DNA of 64,000 bases from Minisyncoccota bacterium (GCA_021734945.1 JAIPIA010000003.1:28895-92894), one strand, 5' to 3'. Numbered from the stretch's first letter, positions 1 to 9,997 are shown. Notes: generated from the sequence alone by a model not told the origin. Made by a program: numbers and translations.

Positions 1-157
1 TCGAGAGTCTGTCCTGCTCCAAAAAAATTGGCCAACATTCTATCTCGAACCAACGCCAACAACTGTGACATCAAAGTGAATGCACCCAAAAGAAAAGCTG
101 CTTGGTGTACCCCAGCAATTTCTTTGTGGAAAATACTTAATATTCTATTTACCATTT

Positions 158-2437
158 TTATCTTTTTGTAGTACCAGTTTTTGTATTAGAAGTTGTTGAA
201 TTTGCCGCGTCTGATTTTGTCGTACTTGCGTTCTCTTCTGGAATAGCAATAGAAGATTTTTGTGTACCTTTATTGACGTCCTGTACTGAGCCAAGAAGAT
301 TTACTGCCTCAGCATAATCAGACTTCAATTCAATAGCTCTCTTCAATTTCACTTCTGCAATATCAAAACCTCGAGCAAGTGCGTATAATCTTCCAATAAG
401 ATATGGAGGAACAGGATTTGTTGGATTTAGTCTCTCTGCCTGTGCATATGATTCAACTGCAAGCGTAGCAGTAGTTGTTGCACCCAAGAATGTTGCAGTC
501 TCATATACCTTACCTAGCTGTAGCCAATCACGATAATCATCTGACATACCCTTGTCAATCGTCGCTCTTCTTGCTGCATTAATAGCAAGAGTTATATCTG
601 AAATAACTTCTTGAGTTAGTTTTTCCTGTGGAACCACACCTTGCGCCTTACCTATAAGATTACTTGGACGTATAAGAGCAACCTCAGCTAGAAATCTCAA
701 GTCACTTGTATTAAAGTACGTATTAATTGAATTTAAAGCAACTGTTTCAGCTTCTGTAATTTTTGTTGGGTCACTTTGAAGCATCTTTGACGCCTGTTGA
801 ATTTGAATAGACGCATACACTCTTTGCTCCCAGATATATCCAATATACATGAGCAACGCTATGAGAATAACCATTCCAAACGTTACTGAAAATCCTTTCC
901 AATACGTTGAAATATCCCACATAACCATTTTAGTTTTGATAATATCTTCTCGTACAAGTGTCGCTAAAAATAGTCCCGTAAATATAAAAGCCATCAAGAT
1001 CATAGTTGGACCTGTCGTATACAAGAGTGAAATTATCCACAAATATACGGTACCCACAGAAACAACCCACGCTCCGAACACAGAAGTAGGATCACTGTCT
1101 GGCCTTGCAACGTTTCTAAGCAATTTGGTTACATAAAAAATAATAAGTGCTAGGAAAAATATCCAACCGAGGCCACCCAGGATTCCAACTGTCACAAAAG
1201 TTGTAGGAATAAAACCTGATGCCATATTGAAATCTACATTCCAAAAGGCTGTATTATTTACAGAATTTTGAATATCAGTTGGTTTATACTTTCCCCAAGC
1301 CGAATAGAAATTATTTGGACCGACACCCAAAACTGCCTCTTTTATCCCGCTCATGTAAGTACCCTTAGCGACTGTATATGTTGCTGAAGGTGATACTCGT
1401 ACATCCAAAATCTCATTTTGAACTATACCTATCTTTTGTGAGACAAAGGCAGATATCGGCATAATACCTATAGTTAAGACGAGCGATACTAACAATACAA
1501 TGAGAGAAGCTGTAGGTAGACTTCCTCTAGGGTTTGTAACTTTTTTATGAATAAAAAGGACAAGAGAAAAAAGTAAGATAAGTGAAGAAAGAGTAATTCC
1601 AAATTGGAAACCTAATACAGAATTCACCAAATTAAAATTTGAACCTGCAATTATCACCAAAGAAAGAGTTATAGCTACGTAAAACAATGACCTCACCCCT
1701 TTCCTAATAGTTGTTAATTCAAGAGCTAAAATTGAAATTAGAACTATTAATCCAGCGTACACTCCGAGTTCATTAAAACTACCAATAGTATTAGAAGATA
1801 TGGAGTTAAATATACCTAAAGACAAGAAACTTTTACCGAATAAAAATCTCAATGTATGGAACAATTCTACGATTGTAGCAACAGAGACTATACCCAATAC
1901 AATCATAAAGATAGAGTGTTTTGATCTAAAAAACTTAGAGATCAAATACATCAGGATTGATCCTAAAAAGAGGAAGAACGCTGTATCTACTTCTGCACCA
2001 TTCCCCATCAGACCTGATCCCGAATGGCTCACAAAAAGAGATGAAATAACATACAATACGGGAATACCGAACAGAAATACATAATGCAATATTGAATATC
2101 TCTCAACCTTGCGTTCATTAAGTATTTGCAATATGAAAGTAATTGCGGCGACAAGTACAGCAGCAGACACTAAGCCGAATTTTGCATAAAAAAAACTAAT
2201 ATTTGTAAATGGAATGACAAATATAGGTAACAATAAAATAGCAATACTAATCACCCAAAACGATACCTTGTCGTACAAACCTCGATTCTTCACACTAGAA
2301 TGTGGAGATACCGGCATAGATTGTGATGAAACCTCTGTATCAGTAGTCTCATGCACAGTAGGAACATCAACTTTATCTATATCAGTGTTTCGACTAGCTG
2401 TTTGAGTTGTTTGATTTGTTTGATTTTTTGGTGCCAT
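158..2437 (-). CDS. Polytopic membrane protein, O-antigen ligase/Wzy_C-like region plus C-terminal TPR
   Basis: About 13 TM segments; periplasmic GVGPNNF motif followed by TVGILG; C-terminal TPR helices (LGKVYE...AERLNPTNP, AIELKSDY). Confidence 0.65.
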   Translation of the reverse strand: MAPKNQTNQTTQTASRNTDIDKVDVPTVHETTDTEVSSQSMPVSPHSSVKNRGLYDKVSFWVISIAILLLPIFVIPFTNISFFYAKFGLVSAAVLVAAITFILQILNERKVERYSILHYVFLFGIPVLYVISSLFVSHSGSGLMGNGAEVDTAFFLFLGSILMYLISKFFRSKHSIFMIVLGIVSVATIVELFHTLRFLFGKSFLSLGIFNSISSNTIGSFNELGVYAGLIVLISILALELTTIRKGVRSLFYVAITLSLVIIAGSNFNLVNSVLGFQFGITLSSLILLFSLVLFIHKKVTNPRGSLPTASLIVLLVSLVLTIGIMPISAFVSQKIGIVQNEILDVRVSPSATYTVAKGTYMSGIKEAVLGVGPNNFYSAWGKYKPTDIQNSVNNTAFWNVDFNMASGFIPTTFVTVGILGGLGWIFFLALIIFYVTKLLRNVARPDSDPTSVFGAWVVSVGTVYLWIISLLYTTGPTMILMAFIFTGLFLATLVREDIIKTKMVMWDISTYWKGFSVTFGMVILIALLMYIGYIWEQRVYASIQIQQASKMLQSDPTKITEAETVALNSINTYFNTSDLRFLAEVALIRPSNLIGKAQGVVPQEKLTQEVISDITLAINAARRATIDKGMSDDYRDWLQLGKVYETATFLGATTTATLAVESYAQAERLNPTNPVPPYLIGRLYALARGFDIAEVKLKRAIELKSDYAEAVNLLGSVQDVNKGTQKSSIAIPEENASTTKSDAANSTTSNTKTGTTKR

Positions 2438-2538
2438 TTGATTTTGATAAATATTTTACTAGATAATGTACTATTAATATGCTTTATACACAGCGTTATA
2501 ATAAAATTATACCCTTATTTGATTTAAATACAAAATCG

Positions 2539-2547
2539 TGCTATAAT
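2539..2547 (+). promoter_or_regulatory. Extended -10 promoter of rnpB (TGcTATAAT)
   Basis: Consensus TGnTATAAT 6 nt upstream of the rnpB P1 5' strand. Confidence 0.7.
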
Positions 2548-2553
2548 TATATC

Positions 2554-3101
2554 GTTGTGTTGGATGATTGCTGTACGCTTTTATGAGATGGTTTCCATTT
2601 TAAACTAAGCATACAGAGGAAAGTCCGAACACTCCCTACTATCCATCCGTTCGCGGAAAAATTGTATAGTAGGAGCCAGGTAGTGGGTAATTCCCATCTA
2701 ACGCAAGTTAAGAGGTGCGAGCAGTGACGCAATGTGTCGAAAGACAATTGGGTCCATGTTTCGAGCATGATGTAGCTAACTTAGACAGTGTAAGAGAATC
2801 TCAATATTTTCTATATCTATTTTAGCTATAACCTGCTCGACATATGGATTAATCCACAAATATCCAAATGTGGAGTGAAACGGCAAAATCCTTACTTGAG
2901 TGCAAGGCCGTGCTGAGTACCACTTCTGATTTTTTAAATGACTTAGTAACATAAATCACTAAAGAATCCGGCGTGGTGCTCAGAGTGCCGCTCGAGGTTT
3001 TGAGTAATCAAAATCCCAGATAAATAATTATCGTTTAAATGATGTGGATTTGAAACATAAAACACAACATTCAAATACAGAATTCGGCTTATAGGCACAA
3101 C
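2554..3101 (+). ncRNA. rnpB: RNase P RNA, expanded (about 550 nt)
   Basis: GAGGAAAGTCCGAA at 2616, GTGCGAGCAGTGACG, GTGAAACGG, GAGTGCAAG, AGATAAATAAT, and ACAGAATTCGGCTTA at 3077-3091; P4 pairs CCGAA/TTCGG; P1 pairs GTTGTGT with GCACAAC. Confidence 0.95.
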
Positions 3102-3108
3102 AACACAT

Positions 3109-3139
3109 GAAAAGACCTACCTAACTGGTAGGTCTTTTC
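3109..3139 (+). terminator. Intrinsic terminator after rnpB
   Basis: GAAAAGACCTACC-taact-GGTAGGTCTTTTC, 13-bp perfect inverted repeat. Confidence 0.8.
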
Positions 3140-3209
3140 TCATACTTACCCACAACCTCTTTCTATTTATAAAGAAAGTTTACCCTCATAGTGATATAAT
3201 TTGACGTAT

Positions 3210-4334
3210 ATGAGATCATTTATTTTATTATTGAAAAGAATAGGTTTACCAAAAATTGTAGGGACGTTTATAGCGCTCATACTTATTATTATTGCTAGTG
3301 TTTATATATATAATCAGCCAAAAGTACTTGACCCAAATTTACAAAGTAAATTTGACCAAGGGAAATACACTGAAGGTATTCCCGTCCTTGAAAAGTGGTT
3401 GGCTGACAATCCAAATGATGTGAGTGCAAGAGAGACTCTCGCAGCATTTTATTTGCAGAAAGCAAGCAATGAACCGGCCGAAAAGGAGTCTCTGAAAAAA
3501 TCCATGAACCTCTTGGCAAACATCATTAAAATTGATCCACTAAGAGATGAATCTTTCAGACTTCTTGGTGTTGCATATCTAATGAAAGGACTAACTAAAC
3601 CTGCAGCAGACAATTTTGAGAAAGCTGTACGTATAAGTAAAAATTCAAATCTTAATGCTCTCGCTGGATTATCTATGTCGCATGAAGCAGACAAAGATTG
3701 GGAAACTGCTGCAAATGGATATAGGAAGGTGCTTACTTTGGATCCAAAAAATGAAATGTCCAACCTCGGCTTAGCTCGTTACTATATATCTCAAAGTGAT
3801 GAAAATATGGCTATGAATTTTGCATGGAAAGTTGCAAACATCTCATCAAACAATGCATCTCTTGGTGAGGCCTATGAAATCCTTGGTTCTGCGATGAGGC
3901 TTCGTAATCAACCTGAGGTTTCAAAAACATACTATGAAAAGTCTATTTCTTTCCGACCAAACAACGTTCATACCCTTGTATTACTTGGTGAAGCTAGTGT
4001 AAGTGTACTTCCTCTTGTCCAAAAAGAAGATCGACAAATGGCCCTCCAAAAAATTATTGACCTGGCTAACACCACAATTAAACTTGATCCGAACTACATT
4101 CACTCACAAACACTACTTTATAAAGCATTACTTCTACAGAACAAATATGCTGAAGCAAATGCTGTAGGTAAGAAAATTGTTTCACTTCTAAATACTGACA
4201 AAACGCTAACACCAGCAGAAAAAAGTAACTACAAAGATTTCTATAGTGGTGAAATAACAAGCGTGACTATTAATTCTGTAACAAAGGTTGGTACAAATGC
4301 GTCGACTACCCTCCCGATTACACCAAAGAAATAA
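3210..4334 (+). CDS. Membrane-anchored tetratricopeptide-repeat protein
   Basis: N-terminal TM followed by about 7 TPR units (LGVAYL, LTLDPKN, SFRPNN, KLDPNY); ATG 3210 lies 9 nt after TGaTATAAT. Confidence 0.8.
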   Translation: MRSFILLLKRIGLPKIVGTFIALILIIIASVYIYNQPKVLDPNLQSKFDQGKYTEGIPVLEKWLADNPNDVSARETLAAFYLQKASNEPAEKESLKKSMNLLANIIKIDPLRDESFRLLGVAYLMKGLTKPAADNFEKAVRISKNSNLNALAGLSMSHEADKDWETAANGYRKVLTLDPKNEMSNLGLARYYISQSDENMAMNFAWKVANISSNNASLGEAYEILGSAMRLRNQPEVSKTYYEKSISFRPNNVHTLVLLGEASVSVLPLVQKEDRQMALQKIIDLANTTIKLDPNYIHSQTLLYKALLLQNKYAEANAVGKKIVSLLNTDKTLTPAEKSNYKDFYSGEITSVTINSVTKVGTNASTTLPITPKK

Positions 4335-4357
4335 TATTCAAAATCATATATACAAAC

Positions 4358-6283
4358 ATGAAAATACATAAAATGTCACAAAAAACAAATATGAGAATTA
4401 AGAGGATATTGTCTTCTTTCGGTCTATTTGCTATCGCTACAGGCTTTATCTTTGCTACACCCAACCCTATTGTAAAAAATGAAATAACCTTAAATGCAAT
4501 ACGGAAGATTGAAGCACAGAACAAGGCATCATTGTTAACTTCACTTGCTAGCCCATCAATTGCTTACGCTCAAGATTATTATGGTGAGGACCCTAGTATG
4601 AATAACCCTGAAGATCCAAGTAACAATGAAGGTCAAAATAATGAACCTCCTGCAGACGTCTGGGGATGTATGGACTCATCAGCATTAAATTTTAACTCAG
4701 ACGCAACATCGGACGATGGTAGCTGTGACTACAGTGCACACTGCTATGACGAAAATGCATTAAACTACCAAGCGAGTGAAGATTGTGTTTATCAACCAGA
4801 AGACGTATATGGATGTACCGACCCTACAGCCCCTAACTATGACTACAGTGCAACGGTAGATAACGGTAGTTGCCAATCATATGGATATATTTGTTGTGAT
4901 GGAAACGCAACAAACTATGCCCCTCAAAATTCTAGAGGCGTCTATGATATTTGTGTACCTGAAACTTGTACTTTTGCCGACCCTATTTGTTGTGATGGAA
5001 ACTGGGACACCTACGTACCTCCCTCAGCGAGAGGTCCAGAGCCTTACACGTGTGACTATGGGCCGACAGCATGTGGATGTACCGATTATCACACAAGTCA
5101 GTGTGATAATACTAATAGCGGGGATGCGTGTAATATAAATATTGTTTTTAGCGTAACAAAATCAGGTGTAGCAATTGCTGGAACAGCAAAGATACAGACT
5201 GTAGTATGTGCTACTGATGCTGAAAATACTTTACGCGGACAAGCAGTTGCTGGAGCAACCCCAGCCACCCCTCTCAATGTTCCACAAACAATTGATTCAT
5301 TCTCATCATATACTGTAACTTCAAAAGATTATTGTCTCAATGTTTCAGGAGTTCAAGGCTCCCCTGCTGGCTATGATAGAAACGCTGAGGGTTTCTGTTG
5401 TGCAAATCCAGATGTTGTCGATACAACAACTGGAAACTCTTGTATAGCGAGCAGTGAAGCAACATGTGGTAGTGCCACAGCTTCTGGACCATATGAAACA
5501 GCTCCTATGAGTGATCTCTGTGCAGTTGGTGTCCCTGGTACAGTCTCAGAATCAGATACTAGTTATTCATGGGAGTGTTCTACAGGTTCATCAAACACAA
5601 GTTGTTCCGCAGGGCGTACATGCAACGGTGGGTCATGTGTTGTTTGTACAGATTATGACTGTGGTACAGATGATATGTGTGTAAACTATCAAGGACCTCA
5701 AGATAATTCTTACCTCTCTAATAACAACCTCTTCTCTGACAGCGCAAGATACTGCTGGAATAGCATAAGTGGAGCTTGTGGTACTTCGTATCCTGGGCCG
5801 GTACCAGTTGATGGTCCTACAACAAATCTTTGTATATCTCCATCAACTGTAAGTTCAGCACCTACGTTCAATACTACTACCCAAAAATGGGAGTGGACAT
5901 GCCAAGACAGTAACAATAACCCTCTTTATACACCAAGTGTGTGTGATGCAAGTCCATGTACAGGTAGCGAGTGTACAACGGCAAGTAACAACCTTATTCA
6001 GACCTTCATAGCTCAACCTAGCATAGTGTCTGCTTCTGACAAATTCTGCAGTCTCTCATGGGTATCAAACATTGATGCAAATCCAGACGCAGATCAGCTT
6101 GACGTTTGTAAACTAAATAATAGTCCTACCTACTATGGGCGAGATATATACGATGATAATCCCACTTCAACAGGATTAGATGTTCCACCAGGATCTTACT
6201 CCCTAACATGCTCAGATAGTAACGGTAGTTCGCAAACAAAATCTGTAAAATGTATTGTTAAGCCAAACTATAAGGAGATTTAA
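4358..6283 (+). CDS. Secreted cysteine-rich repeat surface protein
   Basis: Signal-like N-terminus; GC(M/T)DxxAxN(F/Y)xxxATxDxGSC repeats, ICCDGN repeats, CG...P...LC...(W/Y)xWxC repeats. Confidence 0.75.
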   Translation: MKIHKMSQKTNMRIKRILSSFGLFAIATGFIFATPNPIVKNEITLNAIRKIEAQNKASLLTSLASPSIAYAQDYYGEDPSMNNPEDPSNNEGQNNEPPADVWGCMDSSALNFNSDATSDDGSCDYSAHCYDENALNYQASEDCVYQPEDVYGCTDPTAPNYDYSATVDNGSCQSYGYICCDGNATNYAPQNSRGVYDICVPETCTFADPICCDGNWDTYVPPSARGPEPYTCDYGPTACGCTDYHTSQCDNTNSGDACNINIVFSVTKSGVAIAGTAKIQTVVCATDAENTLRGQAVAGATPATPLNVPQTIDSFSSYTVTSKDYCLNVSGVQGSPAGYDRNAEGFCCANPDVVDTTTGNSCIASSEATCGSATASGPYETAPMSDLCAVGVPGTVSESDTSYSWECSTGSSNTSCSAGRTCNGGSCVVCTDYDCGTDDMCVNYQGPQDNSYLSNNNLFSDSARYCWNSISGACGTSYPGPVPVDGPTTNLCISPSTVSSAPTFNTTTQKWEWTCQDSNNNPLYTPSVCDASPCTGSECTTASNNLIQTFIAQPSIVSASDKFCSLSWVSNIDANPDADQLDVCKLNNSPTYYGRDIYDDNPTSTGLDVPPGSYSLTCSDSNGSSQTKSVKCIVKPNYKEI

Positions 6284-6330
6284 GATCCCAGGTAAACAAG
6301 GTGAACTTAATGAGGTAAAATTTAGGGAGT

Positions 6331-6370
6331 TAATAAAAAACCTACACAGCGATGTGTAGGTTTTTTATTA
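6331..6370. terminator. Bidirectional intrinsic terminator
   Basis: TAATAAAAAACCTACACA-gcga-TGTGTAGGTTTTTTATTA between convergent genes. Confidence 0.85.
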
Positions 6371-6408
6371 GACCATTTTCACTTATTTGTTTACTATCGG
6401 TTCAATGA

Positions 6409-6936
6409 TTACTCAAAAGTAATCTGTTCACCCAAACTTAGACCTTCTCTCTTTACTGTTCCCTCCTGAAATTCCAACACGTATTGAGAGTCTACTTGAG
6501 GACCAAAGGCTTTAGGATACGTGTCAGGCGCAACATTCTGCTCGATATATATAACCTTCTTATCTTTATCTAACCAAACCATATCAATCGGAAACAACAT
6601 ATCTTTCATCCAAAAAAAGTGCTTAGCTTCATTATCAAAAACAAAAAGCATTACTTCATTAGTGTCTATACCTTGGCGACTGCCTAAACCTTTTTGGCGC
6701 AATTCATCAGTGTTTGCTAAAAGAATTTTATAAGATGAACTCGCTATATTTAGTTTGGATGGATTATTCACCTGAGAATCAACTTGCGATTTTTGTGCAG
6801 TACCGATCTGAACATTTTGCAAACCTAAAGTAGTATTATTTTTTGCCCGTTCATATAGTTTGTACGAGGTAAAAGAAATAAACACAAGAAGGACAAAAAG
6901 TCCTCCATATATGTATTTTCTTTGGATATTCTTCAT
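6409..6936 (-). CDS. DUF192 family protein with N-terminal TM anchor
   Basis: LANTDELRQKGL...MLFVF...FWMKDMLFPIDMVWLD...YVLE; start moved to ATG 6936, just after the upstream gene's stop. Confidence 0.85.
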   Translation of the reverse strand: MKNIQRKYIYGGLFVLLVFISFTSYKLYERAKNNTTLGLQNVQIGTAQKSQVDSQVNNPSKLNIASSSYKILLANTDELRQKGLGSRQGIDTNEVMLFVFDNEAKHFFWMKDMLFPIDMVWLDKDKKVIYIEQNVAPDTYPKAFGPQVDSQYVLEFQEGTVKREGLSLGEQITFE

Positions 6937-6937
6937 A

Positions 6938-7531
6938 CTAAATCTTCTTCGCAATCTTTTCCACCTTCTGGAGGAAGGCTGTTTTTTCGTCTTCAGTTCT
7001 AAACATCTTTCTATCAAATAATTTGAAAGCTTTTACCTTGAGACCACAATACTGGAGAATACCGTGAATCCATATAGTTCGGAAAGGCATTGCAATAAGC
7101 CAATAGAGCCATCGTGGTCCGTCACATGTAATAAACACGGCAGCTGTCTTACCTGTGAGTAGTCCTACAGGTTTGCCATTTATATATCTAAATGCAAAGT
7201 GTGCAGCAAAATTTACATCAATAAAATTCTTCATAATTGCAGGAGGACTCACCCACCACATTGGATGAACAATAACGATATTGTCGGCAGCAGTAATCTT
7301 TGCCTGCATTGCTTCACGAGCAGGATCAGGATTACCCATATCAGCCTTTTCTTCATATCTAAGAAAATCCTGTTTAATATCTGTTTTATAAAGATCAAGA
7401 ATCTCTACTGAAGATGTGTCAGCAATACCAAGAGCAAGGGCTTTAGCTTCTCTACCTTTTTTATATGCTTCGGCAATCTGGTGTGTAAATCCCTTTGAAC
7501 TTGGATGAGCCGTAACGATAAGTGTATTCAT
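6938..7531 (-). CDS. Flavodoxin-fold NAD(P)H-dependent oxidoreductase (KefF/NQO-like)
   Basis: TAHPSSKGFT, ADNIVIVHPMWWVSPPAIMKNFID, GLLTGK. Confidence 0.9.
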   Translation of the reverse strand: MNTLIVTAHPSSKGFTHQIAEAYKKGREAKALALGIADTSSVEILDLYKTDIKQDFLRYEEKADMGNPDPAREAMQAKITAADNIVIVHPMWWVSPPAIMKNFIDVNFAAHFAFRYINGKPVGLLTGKTAAVFITCDGPRWLYWLIAMPFRTIWIHGILQYCGLKVKAFKLFDRKMFRTEDEKTAFLQKVEKIAKKI

Positions 7532-7537
7532 AAAAAA

Positions 7538-8131
7538 TTACTTGAGTGTTTTAAATAACCATACTCCAGCTATACCGCCGAGAATTGGACCAATAATGTA
7601 AGCAAGACCAAATGAACCTATACCAAATGCTACTGCTGGATTGATAACAGCATTTGAACCCAAAGCAGAGGCAAGAGTTGCACCGAGAGTGAGTGAACCA
7701 CCTATAACAAAAGGTGCTTTTGATTCAGCTTTGTGTGAGTCATGAGCAAGAACAATAGATGCTATACCAAAAGTAAAGATAATTGCGCCTACAAATTCAG
7801 CAACCAGAGATGTCCATGAAAAAGCGTAATCAAGAGCAGGCATTTCTGCACTATGGAGTCTTACCAAAATAAGTGCAAGAGCGGCACCTGCAAACTGAGC
7901 GATAATATAAAATACGGCCTCTTTCCAGTGAATCTTTTTAATAGAAAGTAGACCTAGAGTAACAGCAGGGTTTATGTGTGAACCACTAATTGATCCAATA
8001 GTAGCTACGAATAATCCTAATGTAATACCAACTGTAAGTAATGTTACAAATCCTGAACCGTTTATAATAGAGCCTACAACTGCTAATGTTAGTACCGCTG
8101 TTCCAATAAATTCTGCAATGTATTTTTTCAT
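7538..8131 (-). CDS. Aquaporin (MIP family)
   Basis: AEFIGT, SGSHINPAVT and a second INPA motif. Confidence 0.92.
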   Translation of the reverse strand: MKKYIAEFIGTAVLTLAVVGSIINGSGFVTLLTVGITLGLFVATIGSISGSHINPAVTLGLLSIKKIHWKEAVFYIIAQFAGAALALILVRLHSAEMPALDYAFSWTSLVAEFVGAIIFTFGIASIVLAHDSHKAESKAPFVIGGSLTLGATLASALGSNAVINPAVAFGIGSFGLAYIIGPILGGIAGVWLFKTLK

Positions 8132-8204
8132 ATGAGATTATTATAGCATTTGAAAAAATAGTCGCCAAACGAGCAAAGTACACTAGGGTTGTGTGACTAA
8201 TTTA

Positions 8205-8675
8205 CTATTTTAATTCTAGATTAAGCAGGACTGCTTTGAGCTCTGAACCAAACGAATAATTACCTACTGATATCTTTTCTAAACTATTTTGTGTTGCATT
8301 TTTTATGAGCTTTGATACTGAACTCTTCGGAAGAACTCTGTGACATGGAATAACTATACAAAGTGGATTTGAACCTACAGCACTGGCAACTGCTCGAACA
8401 GCTTTTGGTTTCCCTACTCTTTTTGCTAAATCTTCGTACGAAATCACTTTTCCATATGGGACATTCAAGAGTTCTCTCCAAACGGACTTTTGTAAATCTG
8501 TACCAACAAGTTCACGCAGATCACTATGTAAGCCTATTTCAGACAAGCTAAATTTCTTTCTTTTCCCTTCTATATATTCAGCAAATTGTCTCTCCAGGTT
8601 TTTTAGACTTTCCAGGTTCGCTAGATTCGCTAGATTCGCTAGATTTTTGGGTGTTTTTTTATGAGACTTTTGCAT
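8205..8675 (-). CDS. ogt: Methylated-DNA--protein-cysteine methyltransferase
   Basis: VPYGKVISY, AVRAVASA, NPLCIVIPCHRV active site; start at ATG 8675 avoids overlap with ung. Confidence 0.85.
   Translation of the reverse strand: MQKSHKKTPKNLANLANLANLESLKNLERQFAEYIEGKRKKFSLSEIGLHSDLRELVGTDLQKSVWRELLNVPYGKVISYEDLAKRVGKPKAVRAVASAVGSNPLCIVIPCHRVLPKSSVSKLIKNATQNSLEKISVGNYSFGSELKAVLLNLELK
8617..8643. repeat. In-frame 9-bp tandem repeat (TTCGCTAGA)x3 in ogt, encoding LAN repeats
   Basis: Three exact copies visible. Confidence 0.9.
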
Positions 8676-8694
8676 GATATATTTAATATACCAT

Positions 8695-9429
8695 ATGGCA
8701 GATATACAGAATATTAAAATTGAACCAACTTGGAAAAGAGTCTTGCACAAAGAATTTGATAAAGACTACTTTCAGAATCTGTCTGCTTTTGTGAAAAAAG
8801 AGTATCAAAATGTTATCTCAAAGGGACAGGATTTTGCTGTATACCCAAAGTCTGATGAAATATTTCGAGCATTTGAAATGTGTCCGTTTGATAAGGTCAA
8901 AGTAGTAATCATTGGACAAGACCCTTATCATGGGACTACGCGGACTAGTGACGGAAAAAAAATTGGCCAAGCCAATGGTCTTTGCTTCGCAGTTGAATCT
9001 GGTGCAAATCCTCCGCCATCACTTAAAAATATCTTCAAGGAAATACAATCAGACATCGGACAAAGTGCTTGCACTAGTAACCTCAATTGCGATTTATCTC
9101 ATTGGGCAAAACAAGGTGTTCTCCTACTAAACTCAACTTTGACAGTGCAAGCAGGATTACCAGGGTCTCACCAAAAGAAAGGTTGGGAAGAATTTACAGA
9201 TGCGGTCATATACGAGTTATCCAATCGACGAGAGCATATTGTTTTTCTTTTATGGGGAAATTATGCAAAACAAAAAGGAGCACATATAGATAGGACTAAG
9301 CATCTCATACTTGAAACCACACACCCATCTCCATTCTCAGTACACAATGGCTTTTTTGGATGTAAGCATTTTAGCAAAACTAATACATATTTGCGTGAGC
9401 GTGGACTTGAAGAAATCGATTGGAGGTAA
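8695..9429 (+). CDS. ung: Uracil-DNA glycosylase, family 1
   Basis: GQDPYH, PPSLKNI, GVLLLN, HPSP motifs. Confidence 0.95.
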   Translation: MADIQNIKIEPTWKRVLHKEFDKDYFQNLSAFVKKEYQNVISKGQDFAVYPKSDEIFRAFEMCPFDKVKVVIIGQDPYHGTTRTSDGKKIGQANGLCFAVESGANPPPSLKNIFKEIQSDIGQSACTSNLNCDLSHWAKQGVLLLNSTLTVQAGLPGSHQKKGWEEFTDAVIYELSNRREHIVFLLWGNYAKQKGAHIDRTKHLILETTHPSPFSVHNGFFGCKHFSKTNTYLRERGLEEIDWR

Positions 9430-9466
9430 CGAGAAATAATATAAACCTGTCGTGATTCGAGTAAGA

Positions 9467-9997
9467 CTACTTATTCAAATAATACTTCCACAAAGATTTC
9501 ATATCAGAGCGACTCAGCGTATCAAGTACTTCTGATTTTGGAATCCAGTTAAACTGGGCAATAGCAAGTTCTTCTTCTGAAACTGTATCTTGTTCTAAAT
9601 CAGTGAGCTCGGCATAGACGAGGTGATAATGAGCGAGGCGATTCACTTTTTTCACGATGTGAAAAAATAATCCATGAGAAACATAGTCGAGTGGTTTTAT
9701 TAATCCAATATTTTTAAAACCTGTTTCCTCATGTATTTCTTTTTGAACTGTCTGCTCAAGCGTATCCCCTTCTTCTATTCCTCCTGTCAAAAAACCATTC
9801 CAATTGTTTTTCCACTGTGCAATAAGATACAAATCATCAGTTGGATGTTTGATAATCACAGCGATAGGATCACGCTCTACTATAGGTAAGCCTTCTTGGT
9901 ATGTATCTGCTCCACCACTCATGTTTATATCTATATCAGGATATTGAGCTTTGAGGTCTTCGGTTGTTGAGTTCTGATTTGAATTTGATGGATTCAT
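9467..9997 (-). CDS. NUDIX hydrolase
   Basis: Nudix box GGIEEGDTLEQTVQKEIHEETG; start moved to ATG 9997. Confidence 0.85.
   Translation of the reverse strand: MNPSNSNQNSTTEDLKAQYPDIDINMSGGADTYQEGLPIVERDPIAVIIKHPTDDLYLIAQWKNNWNGFLTGGIEEGDTLEQTVQKEIHEETGFKNIGLIKPLDYVSHGLFFHIVKKVNRLAHYHLVYAELTDLEQDTVSEEELAIAQFNWIPKSEVLDTLSRSDMKSLWKYYLNK

Noticed and set aside
1-21. Possible 3' end of a tRNA or tmRNA (…TCGAGAGTCTGTCCTGCTCCA)
   Set aside because: Only 21 nt are visible, the T-loop is not canonical at the expected spacing, and the 5' half is outside the window.
2547-2768. 73-aa minus-strand ORF
   Set aside because: It is antisense to the conserved core of rnpB.
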